Assembly: GCA_023334545.1 (NCBI GenBank)
Contig: JAADVB010000017.1
Coordinates: 1 to 64,000, forward strand
Length of the DNA: 64,000 bases
Direction of reading: 5' to 3'
Source: Salisapilia sapeloensis CBS 127946
Taxonomy: Eukaryota > Protista > Oomycota
The notes beneath the pieces were generated by a model. It made no database searches. It saw only the letters and a program-made list of their open reading frames with translations, and was not told the origin of the DNA. This document shows, in pieces, positions 34,884-45,400 of the stretch (position 1 is its first letter; each line of letters opens with the position of its first letter). The translations under genes were made by a program, and so were the position numbers.

Positions 34884-35381
34884 AGTGGCTCGAATGGAGG
34901 AAGAGGAGCATTACTGAAGTAGTCATGTGGCGACTATCACGAACGGATGATGTATATAATCTTGTACGAAAGGATGGTCTTGAAAATGCTACGTACGACA
35001 TTTTTGTATGTACAGCTAGACTAGAGGAAAGGTTGGAGCCAGCAGGAATTAGAAAAACGACTTGAGACAGCGACAGTCGTGCGAGACGGTACTTGCGGCA
35101 GGACGTTTCTTGCGGGCATTGATGGCCGATAGGACGTCAAGATGAAAGTCAAGTCGACATAAAGTTGTGGATCGTAGCATGGTAGGAAAGTAGTAGTGGA
35201 CGCTGGCAAGTAAGATAAAGACGACGATATCAATTGGCTGCAGCAGACCTTGTTTCGTTTGGATTTTAGGGATTAAGAAAGTATCACGTCGAGCTGATCT
35301 GAATGGCAACTGCTTCATGATCCGAGCAAAGGCGAGACCGACTTTCCTATAAAAATCCTGTGGACACCCGATGCACTTGAT

Positions 35382-35769
35382 TTACGTGCGACGGGCCGTA
35401 CGGAAACGCGGCGGAGGCGTACGGACACGACGGCCCTCGGTGGAACGCACACGGACGATACGCTGGTGGATGGCAGCTTCGACACAGTAGTAGTTCTTGA
35501 TGTAAATCTTCGGGAGCGCGTACGACTCGTACACGGAAGCCTCCTTCAAGTCACGAATGGCCGACTGGTCCACAATGTTGCTACAAGCATCAAAAGTCAA
35601 TACACACATACGCTCGTGCCATTTAATCTGCTAGACTGTCGTACCGGACAACAAAGCGCTTGATGGCCTTGTCCTTCGGGATAAGCTTGGACGTCGAGAC
35701 GCAGTGAACACGCTTGACGTGTCCACGGTTCTTCTTGTTACGTCCGTGGTTTCTACGCTTGACGGTCAT
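35382..35769 (-). CDS. RPS26: 40S ribosomal protein eS26 (intron 35581-35644)
   Basis: [18 protein letters not shown]...[12 protein letters not shown]|NIVD...LPKIY..YYCV..AIH..IVRVRS. Confidence 0.95.
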
Positions 35770-36042
35770 GGTGCCTTTGGGTCTGCGAGCTTTGGCGTTT
35801 TGAAAGATGGTGCGTAGGCCTGTCCGCCACCAACTTGCGCATCGTTTTTCAGCCACTCATATCGTTGGATTTAGAATTGTAGCCAATGAAAGGAGAAAGA
35901 GAATATGCTATGAAAGAAATATGAAAGCATTCTTTTAAGCCGGAAGGAAAGCCAAGGACGAGCATTTAGGAGAGATGCAAGGCAGTGTATATTTGTGTTC
36001 GAATGTCTTTCGTGCTTTGATTAACGTCTGCCTCGTACGAGT

Positions 36043-36353
36043 CTACTTGACATGCTTGAGAATCTCCGGCACGGACTAGTGGATCTCATCAGTATCATCG
36101 ATATATACGTTGCTATATACGAAAACGTACGCATTTGTCGATGCAGTGGAGGAAATCAAAGTATTGTCCGTCACACGCGCCGACGCCCTTGGCGTTGATG
36201 CGGTCCACGCATGCTCGGTATTCCTTGAATGAAGCTTCGCATTTCGGCTCACACTCCTTGCGGATTTGTGGCATCATGTCAACAGGTTCTTCGTCAGCCT
36301 ATACACACCCTTAGCATCTCTCTAGTACTCGTCTAAGCCAAGTAGCGTACCAT
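36043..36353 (-). CDS. UQCRH: Cytochrome bc1 complex hinge protein QCR6, 67 aa, 3 exons (introns 36299-36350 and 36076-36130); missed by the ORF track
   Basis: Spliced translation is M|ADEEPVDMMPQIRKECEPKCEASFKEYRACVDRINAKGVGACDGQYFDFLHCIDKC|SVPEILKHVK*, with the hinge-protein Cys spacing. Confidence 0.9.
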
Positions 36354-36540
36354 TTTGCAATTGATTCCGGAGGTCCTCAAACTGAAATGGACGGTTCCCC
36401 TCTACTTCTCAAAATATTATACCTACTTCACCGTCTTTAACTGTTGAAAATAAACTGGAACATTTTGGCTATATACAATAAACAAGTGAAATCGCTATTT
36501 GCGGCTGAGGGACCACCAGAATTTCAAATCGGCAGACACC

Positions 36541-37449
36541 ATGCTAGCACGGACGGTACGAGCAGTGGTCAATTCGACCGCCAAGCGAAGTAGTTTCCAC
36601 TCTTCGGCTGCTGTATGCAGTGGTAGCCTCCCACAGGTACCCTCGAGACTTTAAATGAATATCGTATTACGATATACTGACGTAAATGTAGCATCGGGAT
36701 ACCGAGGAGAATACCAAGGACACGGCGTTCGACTTTACCAAGGAGAACTACGAGCGTGTGCATGCGATTCTGGACAGGTATCCGGAGAACTACAAAGCCT
36801 CTGCTATCATCCCGTTGCTCGACTTGGCGCAGCGTCAACACGGCGGCTGGCTGCCTCTCGCCGCCATGAACAAGGTCGCTCGTATCGTCGACACCAAGCC
36901 CATCCAGGTCTACGAAGTCGCTACTTTCTACACCATGTTCAACCGGTACGTCTCTCCTATTCTACCACCTCTGTGGTCTAGATCCTGACTGCTATGGCTA
37001 GTGAAAAGGTCGGCAAGTACTTTATTCAGCTCTGTGGTACGACGCCGTGCATGATCTGTGGGTCGGAAGAGATTAAGCAGACGATTGAGAAGCACTTGGG
37101 TATCAAGGAAGGTGAGACGACGGAAGACGGGATGTTCACTTTGCGTGAGATGGAGTGCCTAGGTGCTTGTTCGAACGCACCGATGGTCCAGATCAACGAC
37201 GATTACTACGAGAACTTGACACCGGAGACGACCAAGCAATTGCTGGATGCGTGCATGCGTGATGAACCTCCAGCCATGAACAAGTGGGGTAGTCTCCCGA
37301 TGAACGGCCAATTGTCTTGTGAAGGTCCGATGGGCAAGTCGACGTTGACGTGGGACAAGGCGCCTGGTCCTGGCTTTAAGATGCGTCCGGATAGTGAGCT
37401 CGAGCCCAAGGTGGACCCGAAGAAGATCAAGGAAGAGATGCTGTACTAG
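36541..37449 (+). CDS. NDUFV2: NADH:ubiquinone oxidoreductase 24-kDa subunit (introns 36637-36691 and 36946-37001)
   Basis: Presequence, then [24 protein letters not shown] and [12 protein letters not shown]. 2Fe-2S ligands CGTTPCMIC and [11 protein letters not shown]. Confidence 0.95.
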
Positions 37450-37496
37450 TTCTCTTGAATACAAAAATGCTTTGTCTTTCACTTGCGATTGGGTTC

Positions 37497-38297
37497 TTAC
37501 GACACGAAGGATTTGCAGACTAGGTAGAGGGACGAAGTGCCCCATCCAACGACATTCCCGACGGTTAAGCCAACGAGACTGATGACGAGATAGTCTGACA
37601 CAGTGTAGACTTCTCGAATCGATTGACCTCGCCTGGGGGAGGAGTCTGTGGGTTTTGGAGGAGAGGAACGTAGAGAGAGGGAGGTGAGGATGGAGAGACG
37701 GTAGTGATAGAGACCTAGGAGACTGATGCCACTGACTTGGTACAGGAGCATCCGAGGTGTTGATGTGAGTACGTGGGACGTCCGGAGTGTAGAGCCGAGT
37801 AGCCCTGCAAAGAGGGACCAGAGGAGTGGAGCTAATTGCTTGATGGCTTCTTTCACTGGAGGCTATGATGATGGTTATATATGCACGTGCAGAGGATGGA
37901 GATGAAGAGAATACCTCGAGTTCAGGTCCATAGAGGTCGTATAAACGTCGTTTCTCCGGATCAGATAAGACTTCATAGGCTGTCGCGTACTCAGTGATAG
38001 TGCAGTTGTAGCTAGTATAGTAGAAGTACCTTTAGAGAGCTCTTGGAAGAGGTCTGGATCGACATTCGGGTTCTTGTCTGGATGTAGCTTCCGAGCTTTT
38101 GCTCGATAGGCTTGTACAATATCTTTCGTACTGGATGCATTGCATTAGTTTTATGATTGATAGATCATATATTCGTATATGTTCTACCTAGCGTTTTGTT
38201 CGACTTGTAAGATGTCATAATACGATTGGAGAGGCACCGTATCATCTTGTGCATCCTCCATCCTGTCCCTCACTATTTCTGAGTCGATGGGAGTCAT
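37497..38297 (-). CDS. DnaJ (J-domain) protein with C-terminal hydrophobic segments, 4 exons
   Basis: Spliced YYDILQV..AS|TKDIVQAYRAKARKLHPDKNP...K|AYEVLSDPEKRRLYDLYG, including the HPD motif. Confidence 0.85.
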
Positions 38298-38448
38298 CGT
38301 CTCATTTTATACATATCAAAGTATTAAAATACATACTGAAGCCAAGTGAATAAGAGGTACTTGTGTAATACTAGAAAAGTCGGCAGAGAACTCGACTTGG
38401 AATCCATCGAGTCGTCGTCTTCTTCCTTCCTACGCTCTACTTGCGACC

Positions 38449-39186
38449 ATGAGCTTTGCTGACTTTACACGGAATGACAGTCAAATGACGACGGGGAGAC
38501 GTAGTATCACTGCGATGCACAGTGGTTCAACAGCTAGTAGATTTCAGCCTGTAGAAGAGAATAAAAGAACGACGTTCCAGTCGAAACACTCGATCGAAGC
38601 TGCTTCACTGAAACTGGAGCAGTTCCAGCGACAGGTTGTAGCGATCAAGCGAGCTATCAGCAACAAGCAGCATGATGATGACCTTGGTGATCGTATCCGA
38701 TATGCGTGTCTTCTTCAGGAAGAAATCGCCAAAGTCTTGGCTCGGATTCCAGCCGATAGCTCCACCTCTGCCGAACGTCGGAAGCTCCTTAAGGACTTCC
38801 AGCTCATTTCAGACCAGCTAGAAGCTGCCGTGTCGAAATTACGGTCGCAGGAGCAAGCAACAGTCGATGAGCAGCGTCGACAGCAGCACGAAGGTCGCAT
38901 CGTCACGGAGCATGACGGACAAGTGCTTGCGTTTGAAGAGCTCGATGATGAGATCGCACATAACGAAGCTTTGATTGAAGAGCGAGAGGCAGATATTGAA
39001 AAGATCCACCAGAGTGTCGCGCAAGTGAACGAGATATTCCGTGATCTCGCGAGCATCGTCCATCAGCAGCAGGAAGCATTGGATGATATGGAGAATAACG
39101 TGGATGATTCGCTGCAGAATACTCGACAGGGACTCGATCAAGTGCAAAAGGCTTCGGACATGCAATGGGGTTGTATCCTCCAGTAG
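38449..39186 (+). CDS. Qa-SNARE (syntaxin 7/12/Pep12-like) lacking a transmembrane tail
   Basis: Habc-like helices and SNARE motif IEERE.DI..IHQSVAQVNEIFRDLASIVHQQQEALDDMENNV; ends WGCILQ*. Confidence 0.85.
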   Translation: MSFADFTRNDSQMTTGRRSITAMHSGSTASRFQPVEENKRTTFQSKHSIEAASLKLEQFQRQVVAIKRAISNKQHDDDLGDRIRYACLLQEEIAKVLARIPADSSTSAERRKLLKDFQLISDQLEAAVSKLRSQEQATVDEQRRQQHEGRIVTEHDGQVLAFEELDDEIAHNEALIEEREADIEKIHQSVAQVNEIFRDLASIVHQQQEALDDMENNVDDSLQNTRQGLDQVQKASDMQWGCILQ

Positions 39187-39289
39187 CTACAGACGATTGT
39201 TGCCATGGAAGACAGATACGATTATATTTTTTACCATTTTTTCTTGTATTCGAATGAAATAGACAGCACCTGATGAAAAAACAGAGGTC

Positions 39290-42200
39290 TTAGTCTTCTA
39301 GTAAGCTATTCGAGAGAGATTCGAGACGTTCGAGACGACTATGAAGGTGTTGTGAATGGGAGGTATTAGTGGATGTAGCTCTTGTCCTCGTCTCTAGAGG
39401 TTTAGGACGTGGAGAAGCTTGTGTTTGGCATGCGATGGAAGAGGTTTCTGGTTCTATGGATGTTTGGATACCGATCGAGTCCACACTTGGTCCCCTTTGT
39501 TCTTCATCAAGAGCACGTTCCTTGTCTCGTAAAGCGTTTAAAATGGTTGTACGCTCTCGTCGTAACTTGGTCAGATCGGTATCTCTGTAAATTCGTTAGA
39601 GGAGATAGCAGAAAAGATTATAGACGTAATAGACGTACCTTTTGTGGAGTTTATTCTGGAGTTCTTGGATCCGATGGGACTCCTCGCCAACAAGTGTCTG
39701 CTCACGCTTAGCTAGTTCCCTCTCCAATCTCCGGACGTTCATCTCGTGCTTTTTATTTTCCGTCTGAAGTGTTTTAAATTGGAACGATACATCCTGCATC
39801 TCCTTTTGCCATACTTGTTGTTCTCGTAAGATGTCTCTACTCGCTTGCTCCATAGCTTCTTCCTAGAGGTGGAGATCATTAGAGAGGAAAAGATCGTGAT
39901 ATGCTATTGACTACCTTTTGTCGAAGAAGCTCTGTTTTCTTTTGATCAAAGTCTTTTTGGCAAGTATCAAGTGTCGCTTTCATCTGCGCGTGTTCTATCG
40001 TTACTCGATCCAATTCACGTTCCAATGTACGTATACTCTCCGTCTGCTGTACTTCTTTTCGCTGTACATTGATGTCATGCTTTGCTCTTTGATGGAAGAT
40101 ATGGCAGCACGTACCTGAAGGATATCGTTTGTGCTAATGAGCTGATTCACTTTCTCCTTCCATTCGTCTTGGATGACATGCGCTCGTCTCTGTAGTTCCC
40201 TTGCATCCTGCAGTACTCTACGACGCAGTAGCTCTCGATCTTGTCTCAACCACTTGACTTGAGCACAGAGTTCTTCTCGACTCATCTCCTTGACATCCTT
40301 CATCCATTCCTTTGACACGTCTTGTGTATTCTTACTGGACATGCAGCTACTATCAAACGGAGGAGGTAGTGGTTTATCTACTAAGCTATCTTCTACAGAG
40401 TCCATATCGGGAATACAGCATATCATAAGTTCTCCCCATGTCAAGTTTCCATCAACTGTATGGCTAGGTGTCCGTCTCTTGATTTGACTTTTCAATTGAT
40501 GAAGTAATTTTTTTACTCTACGTTCATCCTGTCCAAGTGATGATAAGATCGCTTCATTCGATGCGATGGCTGGAACTAGCTTGTCTGCGTGGACAAGGCC
40601 TGTTTCATACGGATCTAGGTAATGAAAGAGCTTTCGCATGGCGCGTTCTGTACTACTTTTAATGACTTTATCTCGACGCGGAGGAGATGGATGGACGGAA
40701 GCTTCTTGCGAACGAGTGCGTTGGTCGTGCATGACACGACGTTCTGCTTCGATGGCAGCTTGGCTATTTCGAAGACGTACTTCTCGATGGACGAGTAGTT
40801 GCTTGGTCTGTTCCAACCGGTCTTTCATTCGTCCAACTTGTCGGATCTGTCCTTCTAACTGACGTTGAGCAGAAGACAACCGATCGAATTGTTTTCGAAA
40901 GATACTCTCCTTTGCAAAGACACTGGAGATAGCTCGAGACACACGCTGCATCGTCTGTCGTTCACATGACAGTGTACGTACAGCTTGGACGCGTCTTTCC
41001 TCTGCTTGTTGCTGCTGCTTTTGAATCTCTTTCATCTCTAATTGGACTAGCGATTGCTTCGCTTCAAGGTCATGGACCTTTTGTGCCCATACGTCTCGTT
41101 GTCGAGCTACCTCAATCTCCTTCTCTTGCCATGTAGTGATAGTTTGCTGTAGAGAGGAAGTCGCTTGGCTGTGTGTGAGTTCCATGGATTTCATTTGAAC
41201 AAGGAGAGACATGGTCTTATGTCGCCAAGATGCGAGGAGCTGGACAAAGTTGGAAGCTACTTGATCCGTATCTAAATCTGTTTGATGGACAGAGTAGAGC
41301 AAATTGGTTGGAATACTAGACACGTGCTGCTTGTGACAAGTGGATAATTGGTTTTGGACAAACTTGTCTTGTAACGAGAGGATAGACTCAAGGGCTTGTA
41401 TACGACGTTGTAAGAGATCTATGTGATCGTTGCTTGACTCTGCTGCTGCTGATGGAAAGTATGCACAGACGCTCTTGTCTTCTGTACTGATTATCTGTGG
41501 CGCACTCGAGGTACTTGATAATAGATGTTTGGCTTTTGTATAAGTTTCTAGGCTAACATCGTGTATCTTGTCCCTAGTAGCGTCAGATACGATTGATTGA
41601 GATGGGACGACTGAACTATATGAGTGGGCAACGTTACAAGGTGTCAAGAGCTTTGGAGGGGAAGGCGCGCAGCTGTTAGTAGATGCTGAACGAGGGTTAA
41701 TGGGTACTTTTGCATCCTGGTGTAGTGCTTGATGCTTTCCAAAAGTGAGACCGAGACGTTCTCTAGGCGTCACATCCTGACCATCTAGTGATTTGAGATG
41801 AGGGAGGATGGTGAGAACTTCTTGGCGATATGCATCATGCTGCGCAATAGGATTTCCCTGTAAAACGTATGGTTGAAAAGAATGAGCTTTATATGGTTCT
41901 AGGATACCCTACCTGTAATTGCAGCGATGTAATACTCTGTAACTCTTGCAATGCTGTGACTTCGCGGAACAAAGTGATCCGATTATGCTCGAGATTAATG
42001 TACCGTAGTCGAGTACAATTTGCGAGTGGCTTTAGAGATGAGCTGTCACATTGCAACAACAAAATAAGATTACAATAACAATGCATATATCAAAAAACAT
42101 GTTCAAGTACATTTGATTGTGAGCGAGACGAAGATCTTGCAAATATGGTAACCAGTCGCCAAGCTGGAGCGGGATGCTAGTGATCCAATTATTACTTAAA

Positions 42201-42340
42201 TCCAGTCGATTTAAACTCGACAATGTGTCTAAGTTTTCAATCACTTGAATCGCATTGTCAGCTAGATTCAGACTTTTCAATCGAGGATATTGGCGACTGA
42301 TTTCACCGATTAAGTCGGTCGATAGCTCCTCGAGTACCAT
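39290..42340 (-). CDS. LRR + LRRcap fused to a CCHCR1(HCR)-like coiled-coil protein, multi-exon
   Basis: LRRs (LKSLNLADNAI, LDLSNNWI) splice to GNPIAQHDAYRQEVL..LPHLKSLDGQDVT, which is in frame with ORF 40001-41773. That ORF contains LLASWRHKTMSLLVQMKSMEL. Further GT-AG exons run to the stop at 39290. Confidence 0.7.
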
Positions 42341-42402
42341 TTTCTACTTTCTGTCCGAGATATGGAGAACCTCTTTAACTGCATTGTATCATTTATTGAG
42401 GT

Positions 42403-45400
42403 TTAGAGTGGTGATGGTAACCTAGCTTGTATGTCGGTTTGCACGTCTTTCGGTGGAGATTGTAAGGGAGCTAGCATCCGTGACTTTCTCTTGGGAGTTA
42501 AGGAGGATGGAGTCAGTTCTCGACCGTCGTTGCTGATGGAGACAGAGGAATTGGAAGTTGCCAGCGAAGGATTTTGACGAACTGAGGCAAGAGACGAGGA
42601 TCTAGATATATCGGCCTGACTATCGGTGTTAGCGTGAGATGCATCTTCTGGAGATGTTCCTGGACGGAGTCTGGGTAGTTCATCTTGTTTGGACGACTCG
42701 GCTGTCGTTGGCCGTCTAGATGCGAGCTCGGCTTCAATATCGACTTGCACCTTTGTCCAATCCAAGTCCACGAGTGTCTGGAACGTACCAAGTACAGAAT
42801 CCATATCACAATGTCTAGGCGCACTCACGGAGGATTCAAATGCTGCCGGGATATCACCTGATCCTTCTTTCTTTGCTTTTCTTTTCCAATGACTCCTTTG
42901 ACCCTTTTCGAGAGTACTGTCCGTACCCTTGGTAATCATTAGATCCTGTAAATTGTCAACAGGCTCAGCTACTTCCAGGCTAGTCATGTTAAAGGTTGTG
43001 ACCACTTCGCCATTCGCAAGAGCATCTACTTCAGGCCATTCATCCATACTTGTAATCACCACTTTTTCCCAATCCGGACCAGCACTTCGTGGTACTATCA
43101 TCTGATGACCAGCGATTTTCAAACAAATTTCCTCGTTCTCTTCCTTAAGACTCGACCGAGGTGCAGAAGCATCTTGTGCTGGATTCAGATTTGGAGATAC
43201 TATCGCCATTAAAGATTTTTCGGCATTGACAAGTACTTCGTGCGGAACATGAGTATCTCCTAGCATTCCGATGGCACTGACAAGGCCTTCTTGAAGGATC
43301 TTCGTAACATATGGGTCATCCGATGAATCTTGTTGAGCGAGAGACTGGAGTGTCAATGCACATACGTGCCGTTTGAGCGCACTCGCTGCAGCTTGACCGA
43401 GCTTGAGAATGATCTTCACGCCGTCGTTGCGAATGATTTGATATCTACAACGCTTGATCGTTGCAAAGCTATGAAGAGCCATGATAATGTGCTCTCGGGT
43501 CTCCGGTACGCTGGACTGGGACATTGCCAATAAAAGCTGCACCGCATTGGGATTAGAAGCAAGTCTTTCATTTTTCACTTCGTTCGAATTGTCCGGTGCT
43601 GCAGTCGGCTCAGCGGTAAACACAGTAAGTGAGGTCGAGTCGTAGCGAGATGGATCTAAAGAGCCAATCTTCTGGACTGACAAATTGCGCAAGAGGACTG
43701 CGCAATGATAGATGAACGTCTCTCCTTTGACAGCGACGACACCTTTATATTGTGTCCTGGGGTCGCTCGTGTTTGTCTTGGCGAGCAATGCGACGATCTC
43801 CAACGCTCCATCACGCACCATCATTTCATGACAACTTGCATTCGTCGAGAGATTACTAAGAGCAGTTACGATGCTCATCCTCATGCCACCTCCTTGATGA
43901 TCACTCAGTGCCTCGTTCCCATGCTCCATAATGCCTTTTGTGATCATTGCCAATGCTTTCACGATTCCATCTCGTACGAGTTGCGTTTGGACATCTCGAT
44001 CCGTTGTCTCCATATTTGCTAATGTGCACAGCATGTCCATTGCATAGCTTAAAGTGTTTGTTTCCGCCTGCAATTCGCTCGACGCTAGGACTGAAGCAAG
44101 TGTCTTCACTCCTTGACACTGCACTAGACGTATTTGATTTTCTTCAATATTAAACAAGTTTCGTAGTACTAGTACACAAGCTCCAGTAGTCTCGAAGCAT
44201 GATGCCATTGTCTTCTTCATAGAATCATTTAGCACGCTAATGACAGAGGTACTCTCTAGCTCTGTCATCATCTTTACAGCAGATAAATTACCACTAATGT
44301 TTGCTAGTGATAAAGCGGCTAAGCGTCGAACTTCCTTGTTTTCAGCCTTGATTTCAGCCAAAAGTAGTACGATGGCATTGGCTTCGTCTCGAATGAGAGG
44401 ATCAATGACTTCCTGAACGCAAGACAAATTGTAAAGTGCATTGGCAGCAAAGACTCTCGTCTCTGGATCCCGTGACCGGATCACTTGCTTAATGATAGAT
44501 GCCATCCCTTCGTCCACAATCTTCCGATGATATAATTTCTCAGGTACGCCGGTGAGATTGCATAAGGTAGCTGCAAGGATCCGCTTGATATTGCGGTTAA
44601 AGTCCGGCTGGTACATTTTCCCAAGGATACGTACAATTTCCAAGTCAAGGAGCTGCATCGCTCGCTTTTCATCAATGGAAATGTTGTAGATAGCTCGTAA
44701 AGATAAATCTCGGACTTCTTCATTCGCTAGACGTGCCAATTTGATAAGAGCATAGAGTACACCATCCTTTACCATTTGATCGCGCGTGTCATTATGACAA
44801 AGCAGATTGAATAGTGCCCTGGCACAAATAGCCTTGGTGCAATCGCTGTTGATACGCAATAAGGTAATGACCACAAAGTCATCAATTGTTGCGTTCTTCC
44901 ACGGACGTAAGCGCAAGTCTCCACGATAGGTAGCGAGGTTGCAAAGAGCTACGGCTGCACAAATTTGAGCTTCATGCAACCCAGTGCGCATGACCAGGTT
45001 CAAAGCTGGTGGAATTTCAGTGTCCACAGCTAACAGGTTCAGCCCTGGGCGGATCAATGTCATTCTTGCAGCCGTCAGAGCGCACCATAACGCTGTCTTC
45101 TGCTGTATGTCACAACATGTCGAGTCAAAGTGGGAGTTTCGCAATGCCGCTTGGGTTGTGAGATGAAGTAAAGACGCGACAAAAGGTGGCTGAACAAGTG
45201 CGCGTTCTTCGTTTTTGCAAGCGTAAATGTTCTTTTGAAGCTTAAACAAGAGTTGGGCGATGGTAAACTGAGCTTTGACAATGGTCGTGATGGTCTGGTG
45301 GTCTCCGATCGGTCTACCGTCGGGTACGAGGACATTTAGCAATCGCTCCAAGGCACGTAAGATGTCACCTTTGATTAGTATCATCCTTTGTTCTGTAGCA

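Noticed and set aside
35262-35270. TTTTAGGG resembling the oomycete telomere repeat
   Set aside because: A single copy in intergenic DNA, not an array.
35770-35856. In-frame upstream extension of RPS26 (MAEKRCAS...)
   Set aside because: eS26 orthologs begin at MT.KRRN, so this is most likely 5' UTR.
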